From the NCBI GenBank assembly GCA_030704615.1, contig CM060731.1:25606001-25670000 (forward strand): 64,000 nt of DNA, written 5' to 3'. How positions within the stretch are numbered: the stretch's first letter is position 1; each line of letters starts with the position of its first letter. The position numbers were made by a program, and so were the translations under genes. This DNA is from Takakia lepidozioides. Taxonomy: Eukaryota; Plantae; Bryophyta. This document shows positions 52,278-64,000 of the stretch, in pieces. The notes under the pieces are model-generated. The model did not search any database and was not told the origin of the DNA. It saw only the letters and a list, made by a program, of their open reading frames with translations.

Positions 52278-52323
52278 GGTCAATGGCCACAAGGCTGCGG
52301 CAAACAACGTCTTATGAGAACAT
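52278..52323 (+). mobile_element. 46-bp LINE 3'-end insertion, copy E, with a perfect 14-bp TSD
   Basis: TCTCTCCTCCCCTA at 52264-52277 and 52324-52337 flanks ggtcaatggccacaaggctgcggcaaacaacgtcttatgagaacat. Confidence 0.92.
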
Positions 52324-55300
52324 TCTCTCCTCCCCTACTCCTTGCTCAGTATTACAGACAGTTATTCAGAGCTTGCTGATCCTTTCTAAATATCTGGTCT
52401 TAGTTTAAAGCTTACTCCTAGATGGACTGGTGCTGGGTGCTACCCAAATCACTCTGTGATTTAAAGCCTTGACGGCCTTCTGTCAGGGTTATTTTTTCCA
52501 TGATCCATTTTAATACGATTTCAAGGGTTTGTTTTTCCCTTTTAGATTTTGTTTTAAAGAAAACAAATGATAAGCGTGTGAGTGTGAGCTGTCGCTCCCA
52601 GTGTTTCCCTTTCCCAAAAAAAAAACAAAACAAAAGACATTTATCCTAAAAATCATGAAATTTTTGAGGGGCTAGTTAGCCTATGTGTAATGTCTCTTTC
52701 AACTCAAAACTTGTGTCTATGATCAATATTTTTCTTTTTTCTTTTTTAAGGTGAGCCCTTGTTAACTTTATTTGAATTATTGAAGGGAAAAAAGTTGAAA
52801 CCATTATTGGCCCTTAGGCTGCCATAAGGCCTGAACGGTAACCAGTCCAAGTACCAAGGGATGCAGACCTGCCACATCGCCCACCATGCTCTATATTGTT
52901 TGTAGGAAATCGGCCAAGCCATACTTAACGGGTAACGGGATTATCTTTTAGTTCATAGTATTGAGATTGAACAGCCATTAGGGAGAATCCGCCGAGCAGT
53001 AAGGGTAGATCAATGAACCACCAGTGATAACTCAAGAGGGGAATACTAAAAAGGTTCCAGGAGCCTATACTTCTGATTCAATCCACACCTTATTATTCCA
53101 TGTGAATAATAAATATTATTATTCCCCACAATAATATTGTCATTTATTTCATTTTCAATTTGATTTTTTAGATTTTCAGTTTATTTTTTTCTCCGGATGT
53201 GTTATTCTACCTCATGGTGCCAATGGGTTTATTTTTTCCCTTTAATAAACTAAATGGCTTCATGCCCTTAGGGTTTTTTTTTTTAACAAATTATTTCTTA
53301 GGACATGTCGAAAGAAGTGTTAGACCCTCACGACAATATGTCACGAGAATTGTAATATATATATACTAAGGCCATATTGAGATTTTTGTTTTGTTTTTTC
53401 AGTATAAAGGACTAAGAGCATCCCGCTATCAGCCACGGAAACGGCAAAATACTATGTCAGTGAGATAACCCACAAAAACGGAGCCCCACTGGGGCACGCT
53501 AAAACGCCCACTAAACTGCATTTTTCTTTCTCTCTCTCAGTTCTGATTTTCTTCCTAAGTTACGCTTGTTGGACAAACATTTTTTGTTTTAAAGGCTACT
53601 TGAGACATGGAGAAAAAATGCAGACGTCATTTTCTCATCTCTCTCTCCCTCGGCTCTAATATCCTCCTTTGCATAGAATAATCCATGTGAGAAATCTGGC
53701 CGCGGAAAAAAAATTCACTCGTATCTTCCAATGCAAATTGTTGTGAAAAGATCTATAAGACAGAGATAAAAATGTGGTCGTTAATTTCATAGCTATGATT
53801 TTTTTCTGAAAGTACAATTGCTCAGTAAAATTGATGGATGCTGATTTAAGTTTTTTCTATGAATAAGTCGTACAAATTTTTTGCTTTTTGCTTGCAATCC
53901 TCCTTCGAACTAAGCCCCTCAATGCCATGTATGCCTTCTTTTTTCCTAATTTCGTTTGTGGCATATTATGTTCATGTTTAATTAGAGTCTCTTTGGTTTG
54001 TCAAGCAAAGTTTATTAGTAGTGTGAAATTAGCCAATAAATAACTAGTTTTTATATATGACACTTGGGCTTGATCCAAGTGTCAACCCAGGGATCAAGAT
54101 ATTTGTTGGCCCCTGAGCGTGGCTTATCTTCAATGCGAACTCGCGGTGAGGCTCATCTCTCTCGAGTTGAGCCTCACGCGTCGGCTATGATTCCCCGTAG
54201 CTTTTGGGGTGTGTTTGGCTTGACTCGTAATGTATGAGTGATGGGGTCTAGTTTTTATTAATCACTCGAGAGATGCATCATGTCTTTAGTGCAGGATGTG
54301 AGTGAGAGTTTTAGCGCCGATGTTTTGTTTTTGTTTCTACTAAACTTGTTGAATAGATCGTGGACTGAGTGAGCTGGTCCTAGTACGAAAAGATCCAAGT
54401 CTATAATTTGAGAGATGGTACTCTAGCTAGGGAGTAATATGTAGGTGTCCATGCATGGCTCATAGCTCAATGGCACTGGCTGAACGTTAGTTTTCAAGTG
54501 GGATGATGGCTCCATCAAAGATACGCATGGAAGGGGTTATCATAAGGGAGCCACGGTGCAGCTGGATTGAAGTGCCCGGAACCTGCTTGAAGGAGCCAAT
54601 AACAAATGAATAGTTGTTGGGGTAGTCGGAGAATAACCAACATTTGTCAGGCTGTCGAGGCCAGCTTGTGAAGGGAGGTGTAAACGGAGAGGTTGTTCAT
54701 CCCTTCAAGAAAGCCGCCGGTAAAGCCAGAGCTTGACAGGCCATCAAAGTAATCGTTGGTGGTTAGGTGGGCGCAGGAAGGCATGCATTAATAGAAGTGG
54801 AGGGAGCCCAGGCCACGGACTAGCCCATCTTGTCTTGCCCTGGGAGTGTGAAGGGGGATTAGGTGAAGATCCTCGGCAGATCAGAGCAGGGAGCTCATTG
54901 TTTTGGCTGGCTGACCGTTATAAGTTTGACAGTAGCTGAAGTAATAAGCTACATAGTTACATTGCCAGGTGATAGTTTTCGTTTGCGAGTCTTCATTTGA
55001 TGGCATGCCGGTAGCGCGGAGATATGATAAGTGACAGGGTTCTCATCAGTTTGCTCCAGCAGAGTATGCGGGCATGAATGTAGCAAGAAGGTGGTCTGTC
55101 AAGTGGCCGCAACGGTGACGTATGATCTTCTTGGTCTTGGAGGAACAGTTGGTGGGAAATTCCTGGAGCTTGACAGTAGAACAAGCTAAATCGATATGTA
55201 AATTAAGGAATGTTGATAGAACGGACGGAGTCAGATCGTGGTGGTGAAATGAAAAGCCAACTCGGACAAAAGCTGAACTAAACGATTGTGTTTAGATTGT

Positions 55301-56958
55301 TGAATGTAGCAATTTCAGAGCACGGATTAACGAATGAAGGTGCTGGAAGGTGTGGTGAACCTGGCTTCCTTGTGTCAGCTGAGATCGAGCATGCACGGAT
55401 CAGGCCATAAACCTAGTCAACCAAGAAGTACATGTATGCAGGTAAGGCCTTGCTGCGGTGGAGGAGAAATGTGATAAAGGGCTGCTCATACATCACCTCC
55501 TAATCGCTTCGTGCAAGAACCAGCTTGTCTTGCGGGGACCCTGTGTTGTCTGCCTATTTGCATTGCAGTGACGTTACAAAGGAGCCGCCTACTTCATTTT
55601 GAAGACTCAAGAGCTGCAGGTCCGTGGGCCATGCTTCATGTTATTGCCCATGTAAGATGGCAGCCACTCTCATATGCTCTCGGTTGAGCGTCTGAAGGCA
55701 GTGTCGAAAAGTTTGTGGTGTTTTGTTTACTCTAAGGCCTCTGCTCAGGAATCTCATAGTGGAATGGGTATAATCGCAAATGGAGATAGCAAGATTGACT
55801 GGGGAGCCGCTATGCAGTATTTGAAAAATTCACAATGAACAAGGGGAACCCGTAGATAACCTGGGAGCAGCTTTTAATGTCGAGAACATTTTGGGGGTTA
55901 AAAATTAAATAAATTCTTTGTTTTGATCCAATTTAAATTATACAGAGCCTGTTTTTGCCATAACTTGGTCATACAAAGGTTGTTTGACCTCAAATTTGCG
56001 CAAGGACTTGCAGATTGTGGAAATCTACATACCAGGTTTTAGTTTTTTGGACTTTGCTAAAAATCTATGGACTTTTTTTAGTGTGAATGTGTGGATGGTA
56101 TGAAAGATCTACAATTCTGTTTCTAGAACTTGTTGTGGTCTACATGAGAGACAAATCTGTGGATGTCCTCCCTGTATGGATGGGGGCAATGAGGACGTAA
56201 TTGAAGGGCAGTCTCTTCCCTTAGCCTGTGCACACAAGGAGACAAGATTTATGTTTCTCAAGGAACTCATACTGATTTGAGTGGAGAGCAGTTGGACAAG
56301 TTGATTGCATATTGGGAATTAGGCATTAGCAATAGACAGCAAACTGCTGTAGTTGGCGTTGAGGGCCTCAATATCGCTTTGGACAGTTAGAACTCTGTTG
56401 GAGCAAACAGTTCTGCAGCTATAGGTGAAATACTAAAGTGGGTGGAAGCTAGGCTCGGAACACAGCCAAAGACAGCCCCGGGGACCAAGGTGTTCAGCCA
56501 CAAGGCCGTGGTGTACTGGAGCAAAGAAGTAGGAGCTGCACAAGTTTTTGCAATCAGACGTGGTTGTAACCAGATACGCTCTGCACGAGGCAATCACGAG
56601 CGGGGGTTCATTAGCAACGAACAGTTTGTTCTGCTTGAAGGAGATGTAGTCATTCGCAACGAAAACACCCGCAACCGTCTCAAAGCTTTCGAGTTGAGAG
56701 ACCGTCAGACCTTACCTTTATTTTCTTTAGTATTCAGTGAGTGGGAGATAGGGGAGTATTGTTTTGTCTCTACCTAGCAGAGAGAAGAGGAGGGCTGGTT
56801 AGAACGAGCTACTGTAGCTTAGGATAAGGTTAGTGACAGGTTTCGGGACATAGATATACCTCCCACACCTTACCATCATGCAGAGCGAGCACTTTGAGAG
56901 AAGTCTGGCAGTTGATAGCATAGATCAGGATTAGGTCTTGCTTGGTCGGGCCTCTATT

Positions 56959-57620
56959 CACTAGAGGAAAAACGCGGAATAACCACTGGCCATTTAACCA
57001 CTACTGTATTTTTCCACTCTTTAAACCACTTGCCAGTGGTTAATCCCAATGAAATGTCACGGTGACATCACAGACAGTGGTTGGAAGTGGTTTCAACCAC
57101 TCAGTAGTCCACGTGTAATAATTTGTTTTTATTTATTATTATTTTATTTGGTAATATATTTTAATTAATATAATATAATATTCCACGTGGATGAGTGCAG
57201 TGGTACATTGTGAGTGGTTATAGACACCTCAGTGATGGGAAGTGGTTGAAACCACTTGCTACTCCACGTGTAATAATTCAAATTTTATTTGTGATTTATG
57301 ATTTGGAAATATATTTTAATTCATAAATATAATATTCCACGTGGACGGGGACAGTGCACGTTGATCTTGAGTGGTTAAAAGACACCTCATTGATTTGTAC
57401 CACTTTGACAGTGGTGGAGAGTGGGTGGTGAAAGATACTGCAGTAATTGGAACCACTATTCTAGTGGTTGCTTATGAGTGGTTGTCTACACAACAGTGAT
57501 TGGTACCACTTTTTGGGTGATACATAAAAAACTTTAAGTGGTTTAAGCAGCTGTGACAGACTTTGAAAAACAGACAAGTGGCCAAACCATTGTGGGATGA
57601 TGCTATTGAACAAATGGTTC
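56959..57620 (+). mobile_element. CACTA-type terminus with subterminal AACCACT/AGTGGTT repeats
   Basis: Starts CACTAGAGGAAAAA, has dense AACCAC/GTGGTT motifs in both orientations and an internal ~180-bp duplication. No partner end was found. Confidence 0.6.
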
Positions 57621-58134
57621 CAACAATAAACTTTATTCTGAATCATATTCGTCACCCTCTGAATCACTTTGCTCAACTGGAATAGCGGTTGGTTGCACAA
57701 ATGTCGCTTGAATGGTAGCCAACATAGCCAGGTCTTCTTTATTTAGAGCCGTGGGACCATCTAATGACCTAGGTATTGGCTGATCTGATAAGGTAGACGT
57801 CGATTGGCACGCCACTCATCACCACATGTCTCTCTGTTTATTGTGACTGTGCCTTCTCTGTTGTATATTTTTTGTCACAAAATGGCAACAAGAATGACAC
57901 ATGTTAGCAATGAAGTATTGCATTACTCAGGGATGCCTTGGCATGAGCCTGGTCACGTGAGCGCAATTGCGCTCACGCCACGTCACCTTGCGCCAATGCC
58001 ACGTCACGGGGCTCACTCCACGTCATCACACGTGAAGGCCGCGTCACCACGCGCCCAGAAAGAAGTGGAGTGTATTCCCGCGGATTGGCACCCTTTACCG
58101 CGGAAACAAGCTGGACGACATAATAAAAGGCATT

Positions 58135-58500
58135 GAATAAAGGATGGATGAATCTACAATTGGATGATAAACAGATGGATGAGTGTGAAAAATGAATGTA
58201 GATGGATGAATGAGGGATGGATAAGAGTAAAATGGATGAATGTATAATGGATGTTGAGCAATGACAAAATTTCATGAAAGGAAGATGCATGACCAAAACT
58301 TTTGACGAATGCACAACGTATATGAAATGAATGTGGAAGGTTTGTGGGGTGGATTAAAGAGTACAGAGGATGAATGTACAATGGATGTTGAACAAAGGAA
58401 AACATTCATGAATGGAGCACGCATGAATACACTGTAGATGAATGCACAATGGATATGAGAAGAGTCAGGGAGGTTTGTGAGATGGATTCATACATATTGA
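58135..58500. repeat. Low-complexity GGATGAAT-rich degenerate repeat
   Basis: Recurring tggatgaat / gaatgta motifs with a longer diverged unit. Confidence 0.6.
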
Positions 58501-59274
58501 ATTTAAATGAAAGTTGATTCTGTGATTATTATTTGTTCTAAAAGAACAACTACGGTGGAGGAAGGGGATTCAACGTTTTCCAGATAGTATGAAAATGAAT
58601 ATTAAAAGAATATAGTTCAGTCTGACTCAGAGTCAGTACAATGTATCCCCGCTTCCTCTACATCTAAGTCTAAGTATTTTAGAACACCGGATCCACGCTG
58701 GATATACCTACGGCTGGGCAGCAAAAAGTCAGGGGATAGGGACTCGGCCGCGTGAAGTGCCATTGCTTCGGCATAAACAGGAAGCAGAAAATTGGAAAGG
58801 GGGCTGTCGAAAACAGACTCGCCAGAAATGACTGTATCTCCTGAAGATCCACCGCTGCCTTTCCTGAAAGACAGCCTGAAAAAGTTATTACTATAACTTT
58901 GATGTTATTGAGAAATTGAGTATGGCTCCCAAAGAGGGTTTAGCACTTACTCACATGAAAAGTCGTTGTCGACCTGCTTATCTTCGGGATCGTCATCATT
59001 TCGAATTTGAATCCGATCAGTCTGTGTGCCTGAAGTGGAGCCAGACAAAAGGGGGAGGAGCACTGTGTTGTAGAGGTCAGAATCACCCTCCATGCCAAAA
59101 AGGCTTCTTCCGCCTGCCTTGCATGCATGGTAAGTTGCTCCTGCACCACACAGGAGGACATGAACAGTTTGGTGGGGGGGATTTAAACAGATGAAACTGT
59201 TGAAAGAAAACCAATTCGGAAGGGAAAGAACGAACCTGTGGACACAGAAAGATCGACCACCCGTGCAGAGTGGT

Positions 59275-62200
59275 CACTACAACAGATGAGCGTTTTTATG
59301 ACTGCACATATGACTATTTTTTCAGTCCTATATGCGTTCATGACTATATCACTCTGCAGTGAAAAAAGCCCTGTCATAGCGACTAGTCTTCAGGACTGCG
59401 TTTTGCAAATTATAGCCATGACTGCGTGCGTGGCACCTGAAGTCATGCTGTAGAGAGGATGTAGTCACAACTATATGATTTATATATGACTAACTATATG
59501 ACTACATGTCTACAAAGTATAATTTCATTTGAGATGCGTCAGAGAGACATATGTAGCACTCCGGATAAAAAACGTGTCCACATGGACAACATATATGACC
59601 CACACGTGGGAAAGAATATCGTATCATATAATGTCACGTTGCCATGATGTAGTCATGAGTATATAACTTCATGACTAAAGAGGTTTTTTAATAATATTTT
59701 AATTTAATAAATTAAATCATACATAATATTTAGATTATTAATTGATTTTCTCATTAGGTATCTAGGAAAATAGAATGGAAGCCATTGTTGTCTTTTTTTA
59801 TTATTTTTATTTTTGTTAACAAAGAGGGACAGTGGGGGACAGTGGCCTCTAGAACTTTATAGGTAATGGACATAAAATGTCCTTGGATACAAAGAGGAAA
59901 AATAACCTTTGGATAGAGTGCCATAGAGGCTGAAAGAGGAAGACACAGCTTCGCGTACCAAGACAAGAAAGAGTAGTAAGAAGGAAGGCAAGCAAAGAAG
60001 GGGGTCTGCATAGAGCTAAAGAGTCTAGCAGGAAAAGAGACTGCAGCCCGAAACTACTGCCATAACTTGGAAACAGAAAGGCACCGAGTTAAGGAGAAGA
60101 ACTGAAAATCAGCTAACAATGTCATAAGAAAGCTGGGGTCGTGCTCCAGCTTGAAGACCAACCAATTGATCATCTATCCAGCTATCCTATCCTTCCACAG
60201 GGAATCATATGTAATCTGGAGATTGAAATCCGGCCTTTTTGGATGAATCTGGACCCATGCACTCTATCCCTGCTCCTTCAGCTATCCATGCCTCTGCACA
60301 AATCATGTATATATGTATCATGTATCAGAGGAGGAGAGAGAGAGAGAGAGTCATTACCATGTCACATTCCCAATCTCTGGGGGGAGCTTAAGAATACAGT
60401 TCGTAATCAAAAAAGCCCTTTAAAAATACTGGCTTGGTAATTCTTGGGTTCAAATAGCTTAAACAAGTATGTTATAAGCTCAACAGGTCTTTGAGAAAAT
60501 CATTCCAGCAGGCCTAAGAGTGAGAGCTTTGATGAAAACAATTCCCTATTACAGCTTTAAAGGACTTGTATGTTCCTAAAAGCACAAGCTGAACTGATTG
60601 TACTTCCATAAGTAGATGCAGGGCTATGGTATGTATCCCAGGGCCTTATCCAGTCACTCTGCCAAGTTTTAGAGAGATCCTCAAAATACCAGTCTGTAAT
60701 CAGGTTATAATCTCCATGGGGGAGCCTGAAAGAATGTATGTGTTCTTAAATAGGCTTACCCAATGCCTTACTTAATACATTCTAAACTGGTGAGGCATAA
60801 ACAGCACTGTTTGACTCTCCAAAAGGCCAGAAAACAGGTCTGGAAAAATGCATCCAATGTCACACTTGCATCACCAAACCCTTGTCATCACAACCAGCCC
60901 GAACCTTCACAATAAGGTCTGATTTCTAGGAGGCCCAGCCCATTTACTTCCCTGACTTAACAGATTTGGTTACCAAGAACCAGAAATCAAAGTAAAGGTT
61001 TAAGGCATATCCCCCTTGAAGCAGCTTTGAAGCAGAAAATTGCAACAACGGCAGCTTGCAGCATATCTTATCCCTCCTGCAGTAACCAGATCATCTGCAA
61101 GCCAAAGAGTTCATGCCAAGTGAAATCCCTCACCTGTGCCCGTCCCAAAAACAAACACAAAAAATGTTTTGTGCGTTAGTGAGGATGCGCGAGGTGAATT
61201 ACAGGATTTCACAGTTGCTATCCATGTCAGGTATGAGCCAAAGCATGCAAAGATCACAAAACCAGCAGAAGAAAACATAGATGTGACACCACAAAGAACC
61301 TCAATCTTTGTGAGTAGGACGCTGCAGTGTTCATCATCTGAATTGAATGAACACAACAGAATGCAACGGAGGAGAGTTGAGGACAGGTTGTATCTTGTAA
61401 TACAGGCCGCTTCCCACCTCCATAACCGCCGCTGCTTCATCAATGAGGAAAAAACGTAGGCAAACATAACAGTATGTCATTTGCCATCGCGGGAGATGAA
61501 AGTGTCTACCGTCATTGCGTGTTCAAAAAACAAGAACACACTCGTTCGGATCTTGCTGCTCGGGCATTCAGCCGCCATCGAGCATTCGTCGCCATCGCCC
61601 TCTTCCAGAGAAAAAAAACACGCACGATATCGTGTTGTGTCTAGGGCAGAGAGACACTTAAGGAAACCACCCGCGATTTCATCCACCATCCGGTATGGAT
61701 GGTATCAGACCAGGATGAAAATGGGCATTCAATAGGTTTAAATCAAAGGAGCATAAACCTAAAATGCATTGAATGCATATCTGCCTGTAAATCATCCAGT
61801 TATGGTTATAACAAAAATTTCATTCAGTATGGATGAAACCTTAAAAAAACCCTCTTGGATGAACCTGGAACTTCTATCCCTGGTCCTTTAGCTACCCCTG
61901 TCTGTGTACAAATCATGAATACTTGCTGCTAGCAGCTGACACTGACGGCGTGAAGTTCTTCTAGCAAACCCCAACCCTAATTATTACAGTAGTTCTAATT
62001 CTAATTGCATCTACTTCTCTCTTGTGTAGTCCAACATGCATTCACCTTTTTGTCTCCATTGTCTCGCCATTGACTTGGGTCGGAAAAGTGTTCATTCAAA
62101 GCTTCTCCTCATCTCTATTACCTGGTTTTTGGATACTTTCATGCTGCCAACAGAGCAAAAACAGGCTGAAATAGGTCAAAGAAGAAGGTATCCTCACCAC

Positions 62201-63342
62201 ATTGTCCTTTACCTTGTATCATGACCCATAGAGGATTTGACTGACAATCAGCCCAAAAGGACCCCTTGTGTGTGTTGCTTGTATCTGTAGTCAGGTAATG
62301 TTGGATTGGTATGTGAGATCGAACCACCACGGTGCAGCTGAGCAGGCAGAGATTGAAACACAGGCCTGCTAAGACCAAGCTGACTCTCCCAAGAACGGCG
62401 AGATCTCCTCGTCTCGTCTCTCTCCAAAAACGGCGAGCTCACAAGAATGTTGTGATCTTCTCCTCGTCTCCTCTCCTCCTCCTCTTCTCCTTCCTGCATC
62501 ATTTGCTCAAGAGTAGGAAGGTCTGCAAAGCCTCCATCCAACGCCCCTGCATATCCTACGATATCGCGTTCCATGACACAACATCAATAGATGGTGAAAC
62601 GCAGGAGACAAAAAAGCCTAAGTCCCAGCCCGGTGTAAAGTTCGGCGGTGTAATCTTAAACCGTAGATCTTAAACAATCTAGACCGTTAGATCCTGTAAA
62701 ATCTAACGATTCAAAATAATTTCCATCACATGATCTAACCTTGTACAAACATGTATTTTAATCTCATATATCTTGCGATCTTTGTTAAGCCCACGTCCAT
62801 CCAGGTCCAATTATTGAACAGATATCAAATCGACACACCGTATAGGCGGATGGATGAACCCACCATTGAATGAATTCATAATGTATATGCCTTTTAAATG
62901 ACATGTGTAGTGATGTAGTCATATATATATAGAGTTATGAACAATTGGCAGTAAGGGACTAAAGTTTACAGGCCATGCCATCGATGGAAAAACTCATCCA
63001 ATGGATGAATACATTCATGTATGTGCTTTCAAAATGACACGTGTAGGGATGTAGTCGTATAAATAGAGCTGAAACCATCTTCAGTCATGGAGTCACAAGA
63101 TTTCCATGAAACAATCGTCCACGTCTAGTCAAACATATCACACTAGTCATAAAACCATCTTGTCATCATGGTCAACAATGTTGACCAATGCTCCCTAATT
63201 TCCGGAGTCATGTAGTGATATCCATTACTATAAAGTGATAAAACTATGACTACAACGCATTTCAGCGCTCTGTAGTCGTACACCTAGTGCCGTTTTATGA
63301 CTCCGCCAAATCCGTAGTCCTAAAAACGCTCATCTTTGTAGG
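59275..63342. mobile_element. Non-autonomous or decayed CACTA (En/Spm) element, ~4.07 kb
   Basis: TIRs CACTACAACAGATGAGCGTTTTTATGACT / AGTCCTAAAAACGCTCATCTTTGTAGG (terminal TAGTG degraded); 3-bp TSD GGT; subterminal ATGACTAC/GTAGTCAT repeats at both ends. Confidence 0.8.
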
Positions 63343-64000
63343 GGTGGCTGGCATGACTCTAGCAGTATTTGCATGAACACTGGGGACTTTTCCTTTGCAC
63401 ATCTCCAGGGAGTGCCATCTGGTCTCTTCAAGTCTGACTGGATGCATGAAGTTGTACAAAAATGTCATCGACATGGGGCTCATAGGGGGGGTTGACGAAA
63501 CAACCCTGGTCAGGAATCTCAAGCTGCGGATGGAGGATGGTGTCTTGGAGGTGCGAATCCTGAGCAGGCAGATCGCCTCGAACATCCTCATCTGCCAAAG
63601 ATAGCAGGTTAGTGTGGTAAACACAATCTATAGTGGAAGTGTGTACATCGGCTATCAGAACTCAGACACAAAAAAAATCATTTTTATCACGAATCGGTGA
63701 TGATCGGTGTCGATCATAACAGATTCTACTAGAGTGGAGCTGCCAGAGAACATTGAAACTCATCTGAAAGCACAAGCAGAGGGGAGACGGCATACAAGTG
63801 ACCAGGGAAACCCCCTTTCACAAGGTAGAGGCTGTTCACACAATTCATGTGCCAAAACTTCAAACCCTGAAGACTTGAGGTATGATGCCTGCCCGACGAC
63901 TATCATTGTCACATTGACTGAAAAAGCAGAAGTGTCCCTGTTAGAGGACTGTCGGGGACTTAGAACTTATACGGGATCTGTAGGTACCCTTAATTTTTGC

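Overview
Eukaryotic nuclear DNA from a non-seed land plant (bryophyte- or lycophyte-like, inferred from the PLS-PPR style, a Tcn1-type chromovirus and a Replitron). Seven host genes were rebuilt by hand from splice sites: a peroxisomal acyl-activating enzyme, a zeta-crystallin-type quinone oxidoreductase, an intronless ZTP29-like ZIP transporter, a CBM48 + DUF2996 (NdhV-like) fusion, a PLS-E PPR protein, a two-RRM-like organellar protein and COQ2/PPT1. The rest is layered transposon sequence: an L1-type LINE split by a Ty3/gypsy chromovirus, a hAT nested in a related hAT MITE, a decayed Replitron HUH ORF, CACTA elements and five 3' fragments of one LINE family. The top candidate for a new system is the six-exon, phase-consistent gene joining a putative transit peptide, a starch-binding CBM48 and an NdhV-like NDH subunit domain, with a possible CBM48-only splice isoform. 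Also notable are a tail-less LINE that appears to target TCTC sites, a PBS complementary to the LTR 5' end (self-priming) and the Replitron relic. All family assignments come from motif recognition by eye; no database search was run.
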